DNA from: Arachnia sp.
GTDB lineage: Bacteria; Actinomycetota; Actinomycetes; Propionibacteriales; Propionibacteriaceae
DNA: 64,000 nt
Assembly (NCBI GenBank): GCA_041855345.1
Contig: JBHAEB010000073.1
Span: 154-64,153, forward strand
Direction of reading: 5' to 3'
In this document: positions 29,654 to 40,396 of the stretch, piece after piece
Position numbering within the stretch: position 1 is the first letter of the stretch
Layout: each line of letters opens with the position of its first letter
Program-made: the position numbers and the translations under genes
The notes under the pieces: model-generated
What the model was told of the DNA's origin: nothing
Seen by the model: the letters and a program-made list of their open reading frames with translations, nothing else
Databases searched by the model: none

Positions 29654-30247
29654 TTAATCCTCATCAATAACAACGACGTCGACCGCATGAGGTAGCTGCT
29701 TCAGATAGGCGATCAGCGGGGCTATGAGGTTTGCGGTTTCGTTCTCAAGGGTTTCCGGGTCGATAGCAGCTAACGCCTCACCCGTCGCAATGGCATGGCG
29801 ATGGTGGCAGTAACCAGTACGCAGACCAGACCGGGGACGCAGCGGAATCCCAAGGTTGCGTTCGGCTAAGCGGGCCAAACTGTGGGTCGACGGCAACCCA
29901 CGCCGAGCCAGGTCAAATTCAATGGGCTCCAACCGGGAATAGCTGACGGTCAGCACATGGGTACTCAACTCACTCAGCCACAGAGCCAGCAAATCCCAGC
30001 ACGGACCAACCCGATCCGCAGCGACGAAACCGCCAGTGAGCATGGCCTCGACGTCAGCAGCCGTCGGGCGGGTAGGGTCCACCTGGGTGCCGGGATTGCG
30101 TCGGAAAAGCCCCCAACCGCGCCGATGAGACTTGCTCGGATAAGCGGCGGTGTAGGCGCTGCGTAATCTCTCGGCGACCTCAGTGGGAGCGCCGAAGATA
30201 TCACGCACCTCATCAATGGCGATGCCGTAGAGCCTCATCGCTGGCAT
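29654..30247 (-). CDS. Hypothetical protein
   Basis: Protein-like ORF with a leaderless start after TAGGCT. Confidence 0.7.
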   Translation of the reverse strand: MPAMRLYGIAIDEVRDIFGAPTEVAERLRSAYTAAYPSKSHRRGWGLFRRNPGTQVDPTRPTAADVEAMLTGGFVAADRVGPCWDLLALWLSELSTHVLTVSYSRLEPIEFDLARRGLPSTHSLARLAERNLGIPLRPRSGLRTGYCHHRHAIATGEALAAIDPETLENETANLIAPLIAYLKQLPHAVDVVVIDED

Positions 30248-30495
30248 GACCCAAGCCTAATACGCGCTCGCCTGAGCCGGTTGATATTTGGCAGTTCTGG
30301 GGCAACAGCGCCGATAGTCGAGGCACTGCGACACGCCACCACCGCGATCCGCAGCTGTTCCGCGATCTGCGGCTTCCGGCAACCCGCGGCCAGACCGTGC
30401 CATCGTGCACCGGCGTTCCATCCTCGCGGCACCGCTACTTGGGCTGGTTCAGATATGTCGGAAAGCAGATCGAGACAAGTATGCTGGCAGTCACC

Positions 30496-31452
30496 ATGAA
30501 AGTTCTTCGCCGTTTGGCCGCCGTCATGGCGGCATCATTGGTCATGTCCTGGGGGGCCATGCCTGCGCTGGCTGCGGACATCACCATCCCCGATCCGGGA
30601 GGGGCCGTGGTTGGGCTGGCCTATGACACTGCCAGCGGCAATCTTTATGCAGTCTCCGATGTCGACGGCGGCACCATTTTGGTGACGAATGATCAAGGTG
30701 AACGTGTCGGCACCGTCAGTTATGCCGGAGCCCCCGAGGGGGCCCATGCCCTCGCCCTCCATGAGGGCATGTTGTATGTCGGGGATATCGCAGGGGAGCG
30801 ATCCCAGGTGACGGTATTTCGGATGAGCCCAGAGACGGGGGACACCAGCTACCAGGCCTACGATTTTGAATACCCCGACGGCGCCCATGACGCTAAAGCG
30901 ATGCTGGTTTCAGGCAAGGGCCGGATCTATATCGTTACCGACGGCGAGAATCCCGGTTTTTACCGAGCCGAATTGGATCCTTCTAGAAGTTCAATCAATG
31001 CCCTCACCAGGGCCGCGGACGCGCCAGCTGGGGTGACCGATGCGGTCTTTCTTTCCGACGGAGCAACCATTGTGTTGCGCACCGCTGAGGGCATCCAGGT
31101 GGTCGACGCCTACACCTGGGAGACCCTGGCCACCACCACCTATGTGGGTGCCCCAACGGACGAATCGTTGACCTCCTTCGTCGACAGCCAGCTACTCGTC
31201 GGTGGTGTGGAACTGCGGGCAGAGGCCGTTCCCACCAGCGATTCCACCATCACCATCGAAGGCGCTGCCCCAGAACCCACCCCGACGGTGGTCGACTCCA
31301 CCCCCGCACCCACCGAAACCCCCACAGCGGAGGCGCCCACAGTCGAGGACAGCAGCAACACCCCCACTCGGCGGGGCACAGTCATCGCGATCGGCGCGGC
31401 CGGGCTGCTGGCACTGAGCTGCGGCACCTTGGTGTTTGCTCGGCGACGTTAA
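30496..31452 (+). CDS. Secreted, C-terminally anchored beta-propeller-like protein
   Basis: Signal peptide (...PALA), LYVGDI, YPDGAHDAKA, Pro/Thr linker, TM plus RRR tail. Confidence 0.8.
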   Translation: MKVLRRLAAVMAASLVMSWGAMPALAADITIPDPGGAVVGLAYDTASGNLYAVSDVDGGTILVTNDQGERVGTVSYAGAPEGAHALALHEGMLYVGDIAGERSQVTVFRMSPETGDTSYQAYDFEYPDGAHDAKAMLVSGKGRIYIVTDGENPGFYRAELDPSRSSINALTRAADAPAGVTDAVFLSDGATIVLRTAEGIQVVDAYTWETLATTTYVGAPTDESLTSFVDSQLLVGGVELRAEAVPTSDSTITIEGAAPEPTPTVVDSTPAPTETPTAEAPTVEDSSNTPTRRGTVIAIGAAGLLALSCGTLVFARRR

Positions 31453-31466
31453 CCTGCAGCTCAGCC

Positions 31467-32582
31467 CTACAGCCGCTCCACCACATAGTCGATGCACTCG
31501 GTCAGGGCCGTCACATCTGCTGGATCCACCGATGCGTAGGTTGCAATGCGCAACTGATTGCGTTTCAACGCCCGATAAGGATCGATATCGACGATCCCGT
31601 TGGCCCGTAATGCGGCGATCACCTCAGGTGCGGAGACCTCCTCAACCAGATCGATGGTGGCGACCACCGGCGATCGATGGGCCGGATCAGCGACGAAACA
31701 ACTGGTGTAATCGCGATCCTGAGCCCATGCGTAGATGTGATCGGTCATCGCGGTACAGCGACGCTCCACCTCCTCGATTCCCCCCAGCTCCAGCAGCCAC
31801 CGGATCTGTTCTTCCAACAACAACAGTGTCGCCAGGGCTGGGGTGTTGAGGGTCTGATGCCGACGGGAATTCGACGCCGCCACCGTCAAATTGAGTGATT
31901 CTGGGATCCACCGATCGCTGGCGGTGATCCGCTCCGCCCGCTCGAGAGCCGCCGGGGAGCAGATCGCCACCCAGAGCCCACCGTCGGCAGAGAAGTTCTT
32001 TTGCGGGGCGAAATAGTACACATCTGTCTGCGCCAGATCGGCGGTCATCCCCCCGGCTGCTGAGGTGGCATCGATGGCAACCAATCCCTCACCGATCCGC
32101 AGAATTGGGGCTGCGGTCCCCGTCGAGGTCTCATTCTGCGCCCAGGCCACCAGATCCGCGTCGCCTGGCTCAGGCAACACGACGCTGCCAGCCGCAACCT
32201 CAGTAACGAGCGGGTCCGCCAGGAACGGCGCATTGGTGGTGGCTGTGGCGAATTTGCGGGTGAATTCACCAAAGACTGCATGGGCGGAGCGTCGTTCAAT
32301 CAGTGAGCAGGTCGCGATATCCCAAAACATGGTGGCGCCACCGTTGCCGAGCACTACCTCGTAGCCCTCAGGGATCCCATATAGCTGCGCGAGTCCCTCC
32401 TGTACGGCGGCGACAAGCTGCTTGACCGGGGCTTGGCGATGCGAGGTGCCCAGCAGGTCCCGGCGCATCGCTAGATAATCGACTGCCTCCTCGCGAATCT
32501 TCGCGGGTCCAGAGCCGAATCTGCCATCAGCGGGTTTGAGCTGTTCAGGAATGACGATCACCTGTGCATTGTTGCACGCCAT
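31467..32582 (-). CDS. serC: Phosphoserine aminotransferase (actinobacterial type)
   Basis: PADGRFGSGPAK, GTSHRQ, NETSTG, YYFAPQK, QTLNTP. Start at 32582 or GTG 32561. Confidence 0.95.
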   Translation of the reverse strand: MACNNAQVIVIPEQLKPADGRFGSGPAKIREEAVDYLAMRRDLLGTSHRQAPVKQLVAAVQEGLAQLYGIPEGYEVVLGNGGATMFWDIATCSLIERRSAHAVFGEFTRKFATATTNAPFLADPLVTEVAAGSVVLPEPGDADLVAWAQNETSTGTAAPILRIGEGLVAIDATSAAGGMTADLAQTDVYYFAPQKNFSADGGLWVAICSPAALERAERITASDRWIPESLNLTVAASNSRRHQTLNTPALATLLLLEEQIRWLLELGGIEEVERRCTAMTDHIYAWAQDRDYTSCFVADPAHRSPVVATIDLVEEVSAPEVIAALRANGIVDIDPYRALKRNQLRIATYASVDPADVTALTECIDYVVERL

Positions 32583-32642
32583 CTCATCCTTTTCGGTCAC
32601 TGCCAGTGTCGGATTTGGTGACGACCGGTGTTGGATAGAACT

Positions 32643-33761
32643 ATGACGACACTGCAGGTGGGACGGGCCGTCACTCCGTCGGGAATCGTAGACAAGGCGA
32701 TTATTGAGATTGAGGATGGCCGGATTGTGGCTATCTCCGACGGCGGAGGGGCCCAGGACCTTTGGGCGGTCCCAGGATTTGTGGATACCCACTGTCATGG
32801 TGCGGTAGGTGTAAGTTTCGGCAACCCCGATATCGAGGAAAATCGGCGTGCCATCGCATATCACCGCAGCCAAGGAACGACGACGCTGTATGCCTCGACG
32901 GTGACTGAACCCATTGAAAAACTTGAAGCCCAATCGCGGGTGCTGCGCCAACTGTGGGAGATGGGGGATCTTGACGGTATTCACCTAGAGGGGCCTTTTT
33001 TGGCCCCAGAACGCAAAGGCGCCCACGAACCATCCCTGCTTCGCGATCCCGATCCGGAATCGGTGGAACGGTTGATCGCAGCCGGCGGTCCTGCCCTGAA
33101 GATGATCACCCTCGCCGTTGAACGCGACCACGTCGAGGCCGCGATTCGGCGGTTCACCGAAGCGGGTGTCGTCGTGGCATTCGGACACTCCGATGCTGAC
33201 GAGCAGCAGTGCGCCACCTCCATTGATTGGGGGGCCAGCGTAGCCACCCACCTCTTTTCAGCGATGCGTTCGATCCACCACCGCGCACCAGGGCCCGTTC
33301 CGGTATTGCTATCGGATGAGCGAGTCATGAGTGAGTTGATCTGCGACGGCATCCACCACCACCCCGTTATCGCCCGCATGGCCATCGACGCCGCCACCAC
33401 CTCCCGCATCTGTTTGGTGACCGACGCCATGAGCGCCACTGGACAAGGAGATGGCCGTTATGTGCTTGGCGAACTGGAGGTGGAGGTGAATTCCGGCACC
33501 GCGCGGCTGGTGACCGCCGACGGCACCCCAGGATCGATCGCTGGATCAACCTTGACCATGGCCAAGGCCTTCGAATTTGTCGTCGGGCAGGTGGGGCTGA
33601 GCATCCCCCAAGCCGCTCAGGTGGCTGCCACCACCCCAGCGCGGTGGCACAGATTGGACCAGGTAGGAACCCTCGAGGTCGGTAAATACGCCGATATCTG
33701 CGTCGTTGACGATGAGGGACGATTGCAGCAGGTATGGCGACGCGGCGTGCAAATACGCTGA
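32643..33761 (+). CDS. nagA: N-acetylglucosamine-6-phosphate deacetylase
   Basis: PGFVDTHCHG, HLEGPF, KGAH, THLF, LVTDAM, IAGSTLTM. Confidence 0.95.
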   Translation: MTTLQVGRAVTPSGIVDKAIIEIEDGRIVAISDGGGAQDLWAVPGFVDTHCHGAVGVSFGNPDIEENRRAIAYHRSQGTTTLYASTVTEPIEKLEAQSRVLRQLWEMGDLDGIHLEGPFLAPERKGAHEPSLLRDPDPESVERLIAAGGPALKMITLAVERDHVEAAIRRFTEAGVVVAFGHSDADEQQCATSIDWGASVATHLFSAMRSIHHRAPGPVPVLLSDERVMSELICDGIHHHPVIARMAIDAATTSRICLVTDAMSATGQGDGRYVLGELEVEVNSGTARLVTADGTPGSIAGSTLTMAKAFEFVVGQVGLSIPQAAQVAATTPARWHRLDQVGTLEVGKYADICVVDDEGRLQQVWRRGVQIR

Positions 33762-33851
33762 TCACTCAGGAATATAGGGACACTAGTTCGCGTTATCGCG
33801 ATGAAGGACGCATCCCGGCACTACGATGGCCAGCCAAGGAGGAATGGCGAG

Positions 33852-34541
33852 ATGAGTGAGCTTATCGATACCACTGAGATGTATCTACGCACGATCTATG
33901 AACTGCTCGAGGAGGGAGTTCCTCCGCTGCGGGCCCGGATCGCAGAGCGATTGCATCAGTCAGGTCCGACGGTGTCCCAAACCGTTGCGCGAATGGAGCG
34001 CGATGGCCTATTAACCGTGGCCACGGACCGCACTATCAAACTCACCCCCAAGGGCGCCAAACTGGCCCGCGATGTGATGCGTAAACACCGCCTGGCTGAA
34101 TGCCTGCTCACCCAGGTGATCGGCCTGGATTGGGACAAGGCCCACGAGGAGGCTTGCCGCTGGGAGCATGTCATCTCAGAGGATGTGGAGGCTCGGCTGC
34201 TCACGATCCTCGAATCACCCACCCGATCCCCCTACGGCAACCCCATCCCAGGTCTGAAAGATCTCGGACTAGACCATCAACACGTCCCCTTCCTCGAAGG
34301 AGTGGTGCCGCTGTCCCAGGTGGTGCCAAACCGCGGTGAAGTGAAGGCCGTGTTGCAACGGATGAGTGAAAATCTTCAGGCCGACGCCGAGGTACTGGCT
34401 GCGTTGGACAGCCTAGGGCTGCGCCCCGGCATGGAGTTCCTGGTGCGTCGCGTCGGGATCGATCTGCGGATCATCGTCGGTGATGCGGCAGTGACCTTCG
34501 AGGAAGCCGTCGCGGAACTGCTGTTTGTTACCGCGCCCTGA
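33852..34541 (+). CDS. ideR: DtxR/IdeR family iron-dependent repressor
   Basis: LIDTTEMYLRTIYEL, QSGPTVSQTVARMERDGL, MRKHRLAE, HEEACRWEH, SPYGNPIPGL. Confidence 0.92.
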   Translation: MSELIDTTEMYLRTIYELLEEGVPPLRARIAERLHQSGPTVSQTVARMERDGLLTVATDRTIKLTPKGAKLARDVMRKHRLAECLLTQVIGLDWDKAHEEACRWEHVISEDVEARLLTILESPTRSPYGNPIPGLKDLGLDHQHVPFLEGVVPLSQVVPNRGEVKAVLQRMSENLQADAEVLAALDSLGLRPGMEFLVRRVGIDLRIIVGDAAVTFEEAVAELLFVTAP

Positions 34542-34628
34542 ACCTGACTGTCAACAGCGGCGAGTTCAGCCTCTCACCAGGGGCAAACCGCTGCTCGTCG
34601 CTGCGCCCTGATCCCGGCAACAATGCAG

Positions 34629-34647
34629 ATACCCCCCGGGGGAATAT
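34629..34647. promoter_or_regulatory. CsoR/RcnR-type C/G-tract operator upstream of trxA
   Basis: ATACCCCCCGGGGGAATAT pseudo-palindrome. Confidence 0.55.
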
Positions 34648-34703
34648 TTGGGATCCTTGTGGTGTTGGTTCTAACGAAGCTACTTTCGAAGAATTGAGGA
34701 AAT

Positions 34704-35057
34704 ATGGCCACCATCGAACTCACCAAGGACACCTTCGGGGACACTGTCAAGGACAACGACGTTGTGCTGGTCGACTTCTGGGCGCCCTGGTGCAGCCCCT
34801 GCCGCCGTTTCGCCCCCATTTTCGAAGAGGCCTCACAGCGCCACGACGGTGTCATCTTCGCCAAGGTCAACACCGAAGCCGAACAGGATTTGGCCTACGC
34901 ACTGGAGATTCAATCCATTCCGACGATCATGGCCTTTAGGGCTGGGGTGCTGGTGTTTCGGCAAGCCGGACTACTTAACGGCAACCAGCTAGATGATCTG
35001 GTTCGTCAGATTCAGCAGCTGGATGCCGACAAAGTCCGGGCTGAAGCTGCCAAGTAA
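34704..35057 (+). CDS. trxA: Thioredoxin
   Basis: VDFWAPWCSPC and IQSIPT. Confidence 0.93.
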   Translation: MATIELTKDTFGDTVKDNDVVLVDFWAPWCSPCRRFAPIFEEASQRHDGVIFAKVNTEAEQDLAYALEIQSIPTIMAFRAGVLVFRQAGLLNGNQLDDLVRQIQQLDADKVRAEAAK

Positions 35058-35177
35058 CACCGCGCAGGCGCGCCCTGAGCCGGAATAGGTGCAGAAACTC
35101 TCACGCATTTACGAGGCATGGCGTCCCTTAATCGTCCTAGGATTGGTGTGACTTTGTCGGACCAATGAAGGGACGCC

Positions 35178-36812
35178 ATGAGCGAGCGCGATGATGTGAC
35201 CGGCCTTCCTAACCTGATGACCACGACGGGCCGGGTGGCTCCAGTGCGGTCCAGGAAACCCATCTACCTCGACATGCTGCCGCCATGCAATGCGGGCTGC
35301 CCTGCCGGGGAGAATATCCAGGAATGGTTGAGGCTGATCAAGGCAGGGCAGCAGGAGGCTGCGTGGCGTCAACTGACCGCCGATAACCCATTCCCAGCTA
35401 TTCACGGACGGGTGTGTTACCACCCCTGCGAGACCGCCTGTAACCGTAAAGACGTCGATGCTGCGGTCTCTATCCACTCGGTGGAGCGCTACCTGGGAGA
35501 TTTGGCGTTGGAGCGCGGCTGGGCCTTTGAGCAGCCACGCCGCGAGTCGGGTCGTCGCGTCTTGGTGATTGGTGGCGGCCCCTCAGGGTTGTCTGCCGCC
35601 TACCATCTGCGTCGCCGCGGCCATGTGGTGGAGATTCACGACTCCGCGGACAAACCCGGTGGGATGATGCGCTACGGCATCCCCGAGTATCGGCTACCCC
35701 GAGATGTTCTCGACGGCGAGATCCAGCGGCTCGTGGATATGGGGGTAGTTATCCGCACCAACACCACCGTCACGGATCTGCTCGCCACCCAATATGAGGG
35801 CCGGTTTGACGCCGTCTTCCTGGCTATCGGCGCCCACCTATCGAAGCGCGTTGATATCCCCACCAGCGATGCCTCACGGATGGTGGATGCAGTGAGTTTC
35901 CTGCGTGAGGTCGCCCGCGGTGAACGGCCGGTAATCGGTCGACGGGTCGCGGTCTACGGTGGTGGCAATACCGCCATGGACGCTGCCCGAGTTGCCCGCC
36001 GCCTTGGCGCCGACGAATCGGTCATCGTCTATCGCCGAACCCTTGAGCAGATGCCAGCCCACGCCGAGGAACGCATCAGCGCCGAACAAGAAGGCGTCAA
36101 GATGAACTGGCTGCGCACCATCACCGAGGTGGATGAGGGAGACCTCACCGTCGAGATCATGGAACTCGATGCCGACGGCAAAGCCCGTGGCACCGGAAGG
36201 TTCGAGAAACTCGAAGCCGACACCGTCATCTTGGCCTTGGGGCAGGAGGCCGATACCGCATTCCTGCATCGCATCCCCGGGATGACCTTCGACCGCGATG
36301 TCGTCAGGGTCGATCCGGCCACCTTGATGACGGATGTGCCTGGCATCTTCGCTGGTGGCGACATGGTGCCCAGTGAACGCACCGTCACCGTCGGCGTCGG
36401 TCACGGCAAACGTGCCGCCAACTGCATCGACAAATGGCTCAACATGGATGCCACCCCCCGAGCCCCGAAACATCCCATCGTCACCTTGGACCAGATGCAT
36501 CTGTGGTACTTCGGCGGTCACACCCGCCGGGTCCAGGCCGAATCCGCACCCGAGAGCCGGGTCAGCGACTTCGGGGAGATCGTGGCCGGACTCAGCCCCC
36601 AAGAGGCCGAGTTCGAAGCCAAACGCTGCCTGTCCTGCGGTAACTGCTTCGAATGCGACGGTTGCCTCGGCGCCTGCCCTGAAGATGCTGTGATCAAGCT
36701 CGGGCCTGGTCTGCGATACCGCTTCGACTATGAGCGGTGCACTGGTTGCGCCACCTGCTTCGAGCAATGCCCTGTCCACGCCATTGACATGATCCCGGAG
36801 AACACCCGATGA
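35178..36812 (+). CDS. GltD-like FAD/NAD(P) Fe-S oxidoreductase with C-terminal ferredoxin domain
   Basis: PCNAGCP, GRVCYHPCE, GGGPSG, GGGNTAMD, two C-terminal CxxCxxCxxxCP motifs. Confidence 0.9.
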   Translation: MSERDDVTGLPNLMTTTGRVAPVRSRKPIYLDMLPPCNAGCPAGENIQEWLRLIKAGQQEAAWRQLTADNPFPAIHGRVCYHPCETACNRKDVDAAVSIHSVERYLGDLALERGWAFEQPRRESGRRVLVIGGGPSGLSAAYHLRRRGHVVEIHDSADKPGGMMRYGIPEYRLPRDVLDGEIQRLVDMGVVIRTNTTVTDLLATQYEGRFDAVFLAIGAHLSKRVDIPTSDASRMVDAVSFLREVARGERPVIGRRVAVYGGGNTAMDAARVARRLGADESVIVYRRTLEQMPAHAEERISAEQEGVKMNWLRTITEVDEGDLTVEIMELDADGKARGTGRFEKLEADTVILALGQEADTAFLHRIPGMTFDRDVVRVDPATLMTDVPGIFAGGDMVPSERTVTVGVGHGKRAANCIDKWLNMDATPRAPKHPIVTLDQMHLWYFGGHTRRVQAESAPESRVSDFGEIVAGLSPQEAEFEAKRCLSCGNCFECDGCLGACPEDAVIKLGPGLRYRFDYERCTGCATCFEQCPVHAIDMIPENTR

Positions 36813-39800
36813 ACCAGCGCACCATCATCGATGGCAACGAGGCCGCAGTCGACGTCGCCTATCGGCTGAGCGAATTGTGCTCTATTTACCCCATCACGCC
36901 CAGCTCCACGATGGCGGAACTGGCCGATGAGTGGGCCTCCCATGGCCGCACCAATGTGTTTGGCACCGTGCCTACCGTCATCGAGATGCAGTCCGAAGGA
37001 GGGGCCGCTGGTGCCATGCACGGTGCCCTCCAGGGCGGTGCCTTGTCGACGACATTCACCGCATCCCAGGGACTGCTGTTGATGATCCCCAATATGTACC
37101 GGATTGCCGGGGAGCTGACCTCAACGGTCTTCCACGTGGCTGCCCGGTCATTGGCGGCCCAGGGCCTGTCGATCTTCGGTGATCATCAAGATGTGATGGC
37201 GGTTCGGCAAACCGGCTGTTGCCTGCTCAGTTCCGCCTCGGTGCAGGAGGCCCACGATATGGCGGCAGTCGCGCATTTAGCGACGCTGCGCGCCCGGCTG
37301 CCCTTCGTCCATTTCTTTGACGGTTTCCGCACCAGCCATGAACTCAACACATTGACCTTGCTGACCGATGAACAGCTGCGGGAGTTGGTGCCTACCGAAT
37401 TGATCCGGGAACACCGGGCCCGAGCATTGAGCCCAGAAAACCCGTTCATTCGCGGTACCGCGCAAAACCCCGACACCTATTTCCAATCCCGAGAGACCGT
37501 CAACCCCTTCTATGCGGCTGTTCCAGCCGTCATGACGGAGGTCTTTGACCGTTTCGCAGAGATCTCCGGGCGACGTTACAGCCTGGTGGAATACCACGGC
37601 GCCCCCGACGCGGACCGGGTCATCGTCGTCATGGGATCAGGCATCGAGGCCATCACCCCGGTGGTGGATCATCTCAACGCTGCCGGAAACAAGGTCGGCG
37701 CCCTATTCGTCCGGTTGTACCGACCCTTCCCCGCAGCCGCGCTACTAGCAGCGATGCCCACTACCGTCACCAAGGTGGCGGTGCTGGATCGCACCAAGGA
37801 ACCCGGATCTGGTGGTGAACCACTATTCCTCGATGTGTCCTCGGCGCTGGGGGAGGCGGTGTCCCGCGGTGAACGCCCCACCATGCCGGTGATCTGTGGT
37901 GGTCGTTATGGCCTATCCAGCAAGGAATTCACCCCCGCGATGGCGCTGGCCATCTATGACGAACTGGCCAAGGACCAACCTCGACCGCGATTCACCGTCG
38001 GTATCACCGACGATGTCACCCACCTCTCCCTCGATGTGGATCCCGATTTCGAGTTGGTCGATCCCGAAACCCACCCGGCTGTGTTTTATGGGCTGGGATC
38101 CGATGGCACCGTCGGCGCCAATAAGAACACCATCAAGATCATCGGCTCCGATCCGAAGACCTATGCCCAGGGTTATTTCGTCTACGACTCGAAGAAATCC
38201 GGGTCTCGGACAGTCAGTCACCTGCGGTTCGGTCCCAATCCGATCAAGGCCCCGTATCTGGTGACCAAGGCCAATTTCATTGGCTGCCACCACTGGTCGA
38301 TTCTGGAGCGCGTCGATGTGCTGGAGTTTGCCCGACCGGGCTCGACCCTGCTGCTGAACTCGCCATATCCGGCTGATCAGGTGTGGGATCGGTTACCGCG
38401 CCCAATGCAGGACAAGATCGTCGAATTGGGGATCAGCCTCTATGTCATTGACGCGACGGCGGTGGCCCGCACCGCAGGGCTGGGATCGCGCACCAACACG
38501 GTGCTACAGACCTGCTTCTTCGCGATCTCCGGGGTGATGCCTCGCGAGACTGCCATCACCAAGGTGAAGGAAGCGATCACCAAGACCTATGCCCGCAAGT
38601 CGATGGCGATCGTGCAGAAGAACCATGATGCGGTTGATGCTTCGCTGGCGCATCTGCATCAAGTGTCGGTGCCGACTGCTGCTACCAGCGAGCGGGGGAT
38701 GATTCCTCCGGTGCCAGGCAATGCCCCTGAATTTGTGCGTGATGTGACTGCCACGATGCTGTCGGGTCGTGGTGATGATCTGCCGGTTTCGGCGTTGCCA
38801 GCCGATGGTTCCTATCCGTCAGGGACCACCAAATATGAGAAGCGCAATGTCAGCGAGATCATTGCGGTGTGGGATAACGAGGCCTGCATCCAGTGCGGCA
38901 ACTGTTCCTTCGTTTGCCCCCACGCGGTGCTGCGCGCCAAGTACTATCCAGCCGAGCTGGCCGACGGCGCCCCCGAAGGTTTCCTCAGCCAGCCATTGGA
39001 CGCAGCTGGGTTGCCGGATACCCGATACACCCTGCAGATCTATGCCGAGGACTGCACCGGCTGCGGTCTGTGTGTTGAGGCATGCCCGGTCAAACCAGTG
39101 GGGCAACCAAACCGGCGGGCTATCAACCTGGAGCCGGTGCTGGATCGCACCAAGGAGAAACAGGCCGTCGAGTTCTTTGAAACCATCCCGCTCAATGATC
39201 GACGCAATGTCGACTTCGGTACGGTGCGGGGTACCCAGTTCCTGGAGCCACTGTTTGAGTTCTCCGGAGCCTGCGCTGGCTGCGGTGAAACCCCCTATCT
39301 CAAGCTGCTGACCCAGCTCTTCGGTGATCGGGTGACGGTGGCCAACGCCACCGGCTGTTCGTCGATCTATGGTGGGAACCTGCCCACCACCCCATGGGCG
39401 AAGAATGCTTCGGGTCGTGGTCCTGCCTGGTCGAATTCGTTGTTCGAGGACAACGCCGAGTTCGGGTTGGGTTTGCGGCTGGCCGCTGACCTGCATCGTG
39501 ATATGGCGCGTCGCCTCCTGGAGGAATTGCGCACCGAGATCGACGACGACCACCTCGTCGATTCACTGCTGGCTGCCAAGCAGCGCATGGAATCGGGGCT
39601 GGCCCGGCAAGCAGCGCGGGTCGAGAGGCTCAAGGCGCGGCTGGCTGAACTGGAGGGTCCGAAGGTCGAGGATCTTAAGAGCGTCTGCGACCATCTGTTG
39701 CGTCGCTCGGTGTGGATCGTCGGTGGTGACGGTTGGGCCTACGACATCGGCTCCTCAGGTGTGGATCACGTGTTGGCGTCGGGACGAAATGTCAACATCT

Positions 39801-40396
39801 TGGTGATGGACACTGAGGTGTATTCCAACACTGGTGGTCAGGCTTCAAAGTCGACGCCGCTGGGTGCGGTGGCGAAGTTCGCTGCTGCGGGCAAACTCAC
39901 CAATAAGAAGGACATGGCGATGCAGGCCATGGCCTACGGCTCGGTGTATGTGGCCCGGGTGGCGATGGGCGCTGACCCGCAGCAGACCTTGAAGGCGTTC
40001 CGGGAAGCGGAGGCCTATGAGGGGCCGAGTTTGATCATCGCGTATAGCCACTGCATCGCCCATGGCATCGATATCCGCAAGGGGTTGGATCAGCAATACA
40101 AGGCTGTGAACTCGGGGCATTGGCCGTTGATGCGTTACAACCCGGTGATCCGGGAAGCCGGTGGGAACCCCTTCCTGCTGGATTCACCCCGGCCCAGGTT
40201 GAAGCTGAAGGAGTATCAGAGCGCTGAGTTGCGGTACAAGGTGCTTCATGCCGCCGATCCGGAGGAGGCTGAGCGACTCGTGGCTATTGCTCAGGCTCAG
40301 GTGGATCGTCGCTGGGCCGATTATGAGGAGTTGGCGTTGCGAGGTGCGGAGAAGTTCGCTGCGGATCCGCGTAAGGAGGAATCATGGCTGATCTGA
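36809..40396 (+). CDS. nifJ: Pyruvate:ferredoxin (flavodoxin) oxidoreductase
   Basis: YPITPSS, EMQSEGGAAG, CIQCGNCSFVCPH, GACAGCGE, GGDGWAYD, YSNTGGQ. Confidence 0.97.
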   Translation: MNQRTIIDGNEAAVDVAYRLSELCSIYPITPSSTMAELADEWASHGRTNVFGTVPTVIEMQSEGGAAGAMHGALQGGALSTTFTASQGLLLMIPNMYRIAGELTSTVFHVAARSLAAQGLSIFGDHQDVMAVRQTGCCLLSSASVQEAHDMAAVAHLATLRARLPFVHFFDGFRTSHELNTLTLLTDEQLRELVPTELIREHRARALSPENPFIRGTAQNPDTYFQSRETVNPFYAAVPAVMTEVFDRFAEISGRRYSLVEYHGAPDADRVIVVMGSGIEAITPVVDHLNAAGNKVGALFVRLYRPFPAAALLAAMPTTVTKVAVLDRTKEPGSGGEPLFLDVSSALGEAVSRGERPTMPVICGGRYGLSSKEFTPAMALAIYDELAKDQPRPRFTVGITDDVTHLSLDVDPDFELVDPETHPAVFYGLGSDGTVGANKNTIKIIGSDPKTYAQGYFVYDSKKSGSRTVSHLRFGPNPIKAPYLVTKANFIGCHHWSILERVDVLEFARPGSTLLLNSPYPADQVWDRLPRPMQDKIVELGISLYVIDATAVARTAGLGSRTNTVLQTCFFAISGVMPRETAITKVKEAITKTYARKSMAIVQKNHDAVDASLAHLHQVSVPTAATSERGMIPPVPGNAPEFVRDVTATMLSGRGDDLPVSALPADGSYPSGTTKYEKRNVSEIIAVWDNEACIQCGNCSFVCPHAVLRAKYYPAELADGAPEGFLSQPLDAAGLPDTRYTLQIYAEDCTGCGLCVEACPVKPVGQPNRRAINLEPVLDRTKEKQAVEFFETIPLNDRRNVDFGTVRGTQFLEPLFEFSGACAGCGETPYLKLLTQLFGDRVTVANATGCSSIYGGNLPTTPWAKNASGRGPAWSNSLFEDNAEFGLGLRLAADLHRDMARRLLEELRTEIDDDHLVDSLLAAKQRMESGLARQAARVERLKARLAELEGPKVEDLKSVCDHLLRRSVWIVGGDGWAYDIGSSGVDHVLASGRNVNILVMDTEVYSNTGGQASKSTPLGAVAKFAAAGKLTNKKDMAMQAMAYGSVYVARVAMGADPQQTLKAFREAEAYEGPSLIIAYSHCIAHGIDIRKGLDQQYKAVNSGHWPLMRYNPVIREAGGNPFLLDSPRPRLKLKEYQSAELRYKVLHAADPEEAERLVAIAQAQVDRRWADYEELALRGAEKFAADPRKEESWLI

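Noticed and set aside
32583-32984. N-terminal extension of serC
   Set aside because: Overlaps divergent nagA; homology starts near IPEQLKPADGRFG.
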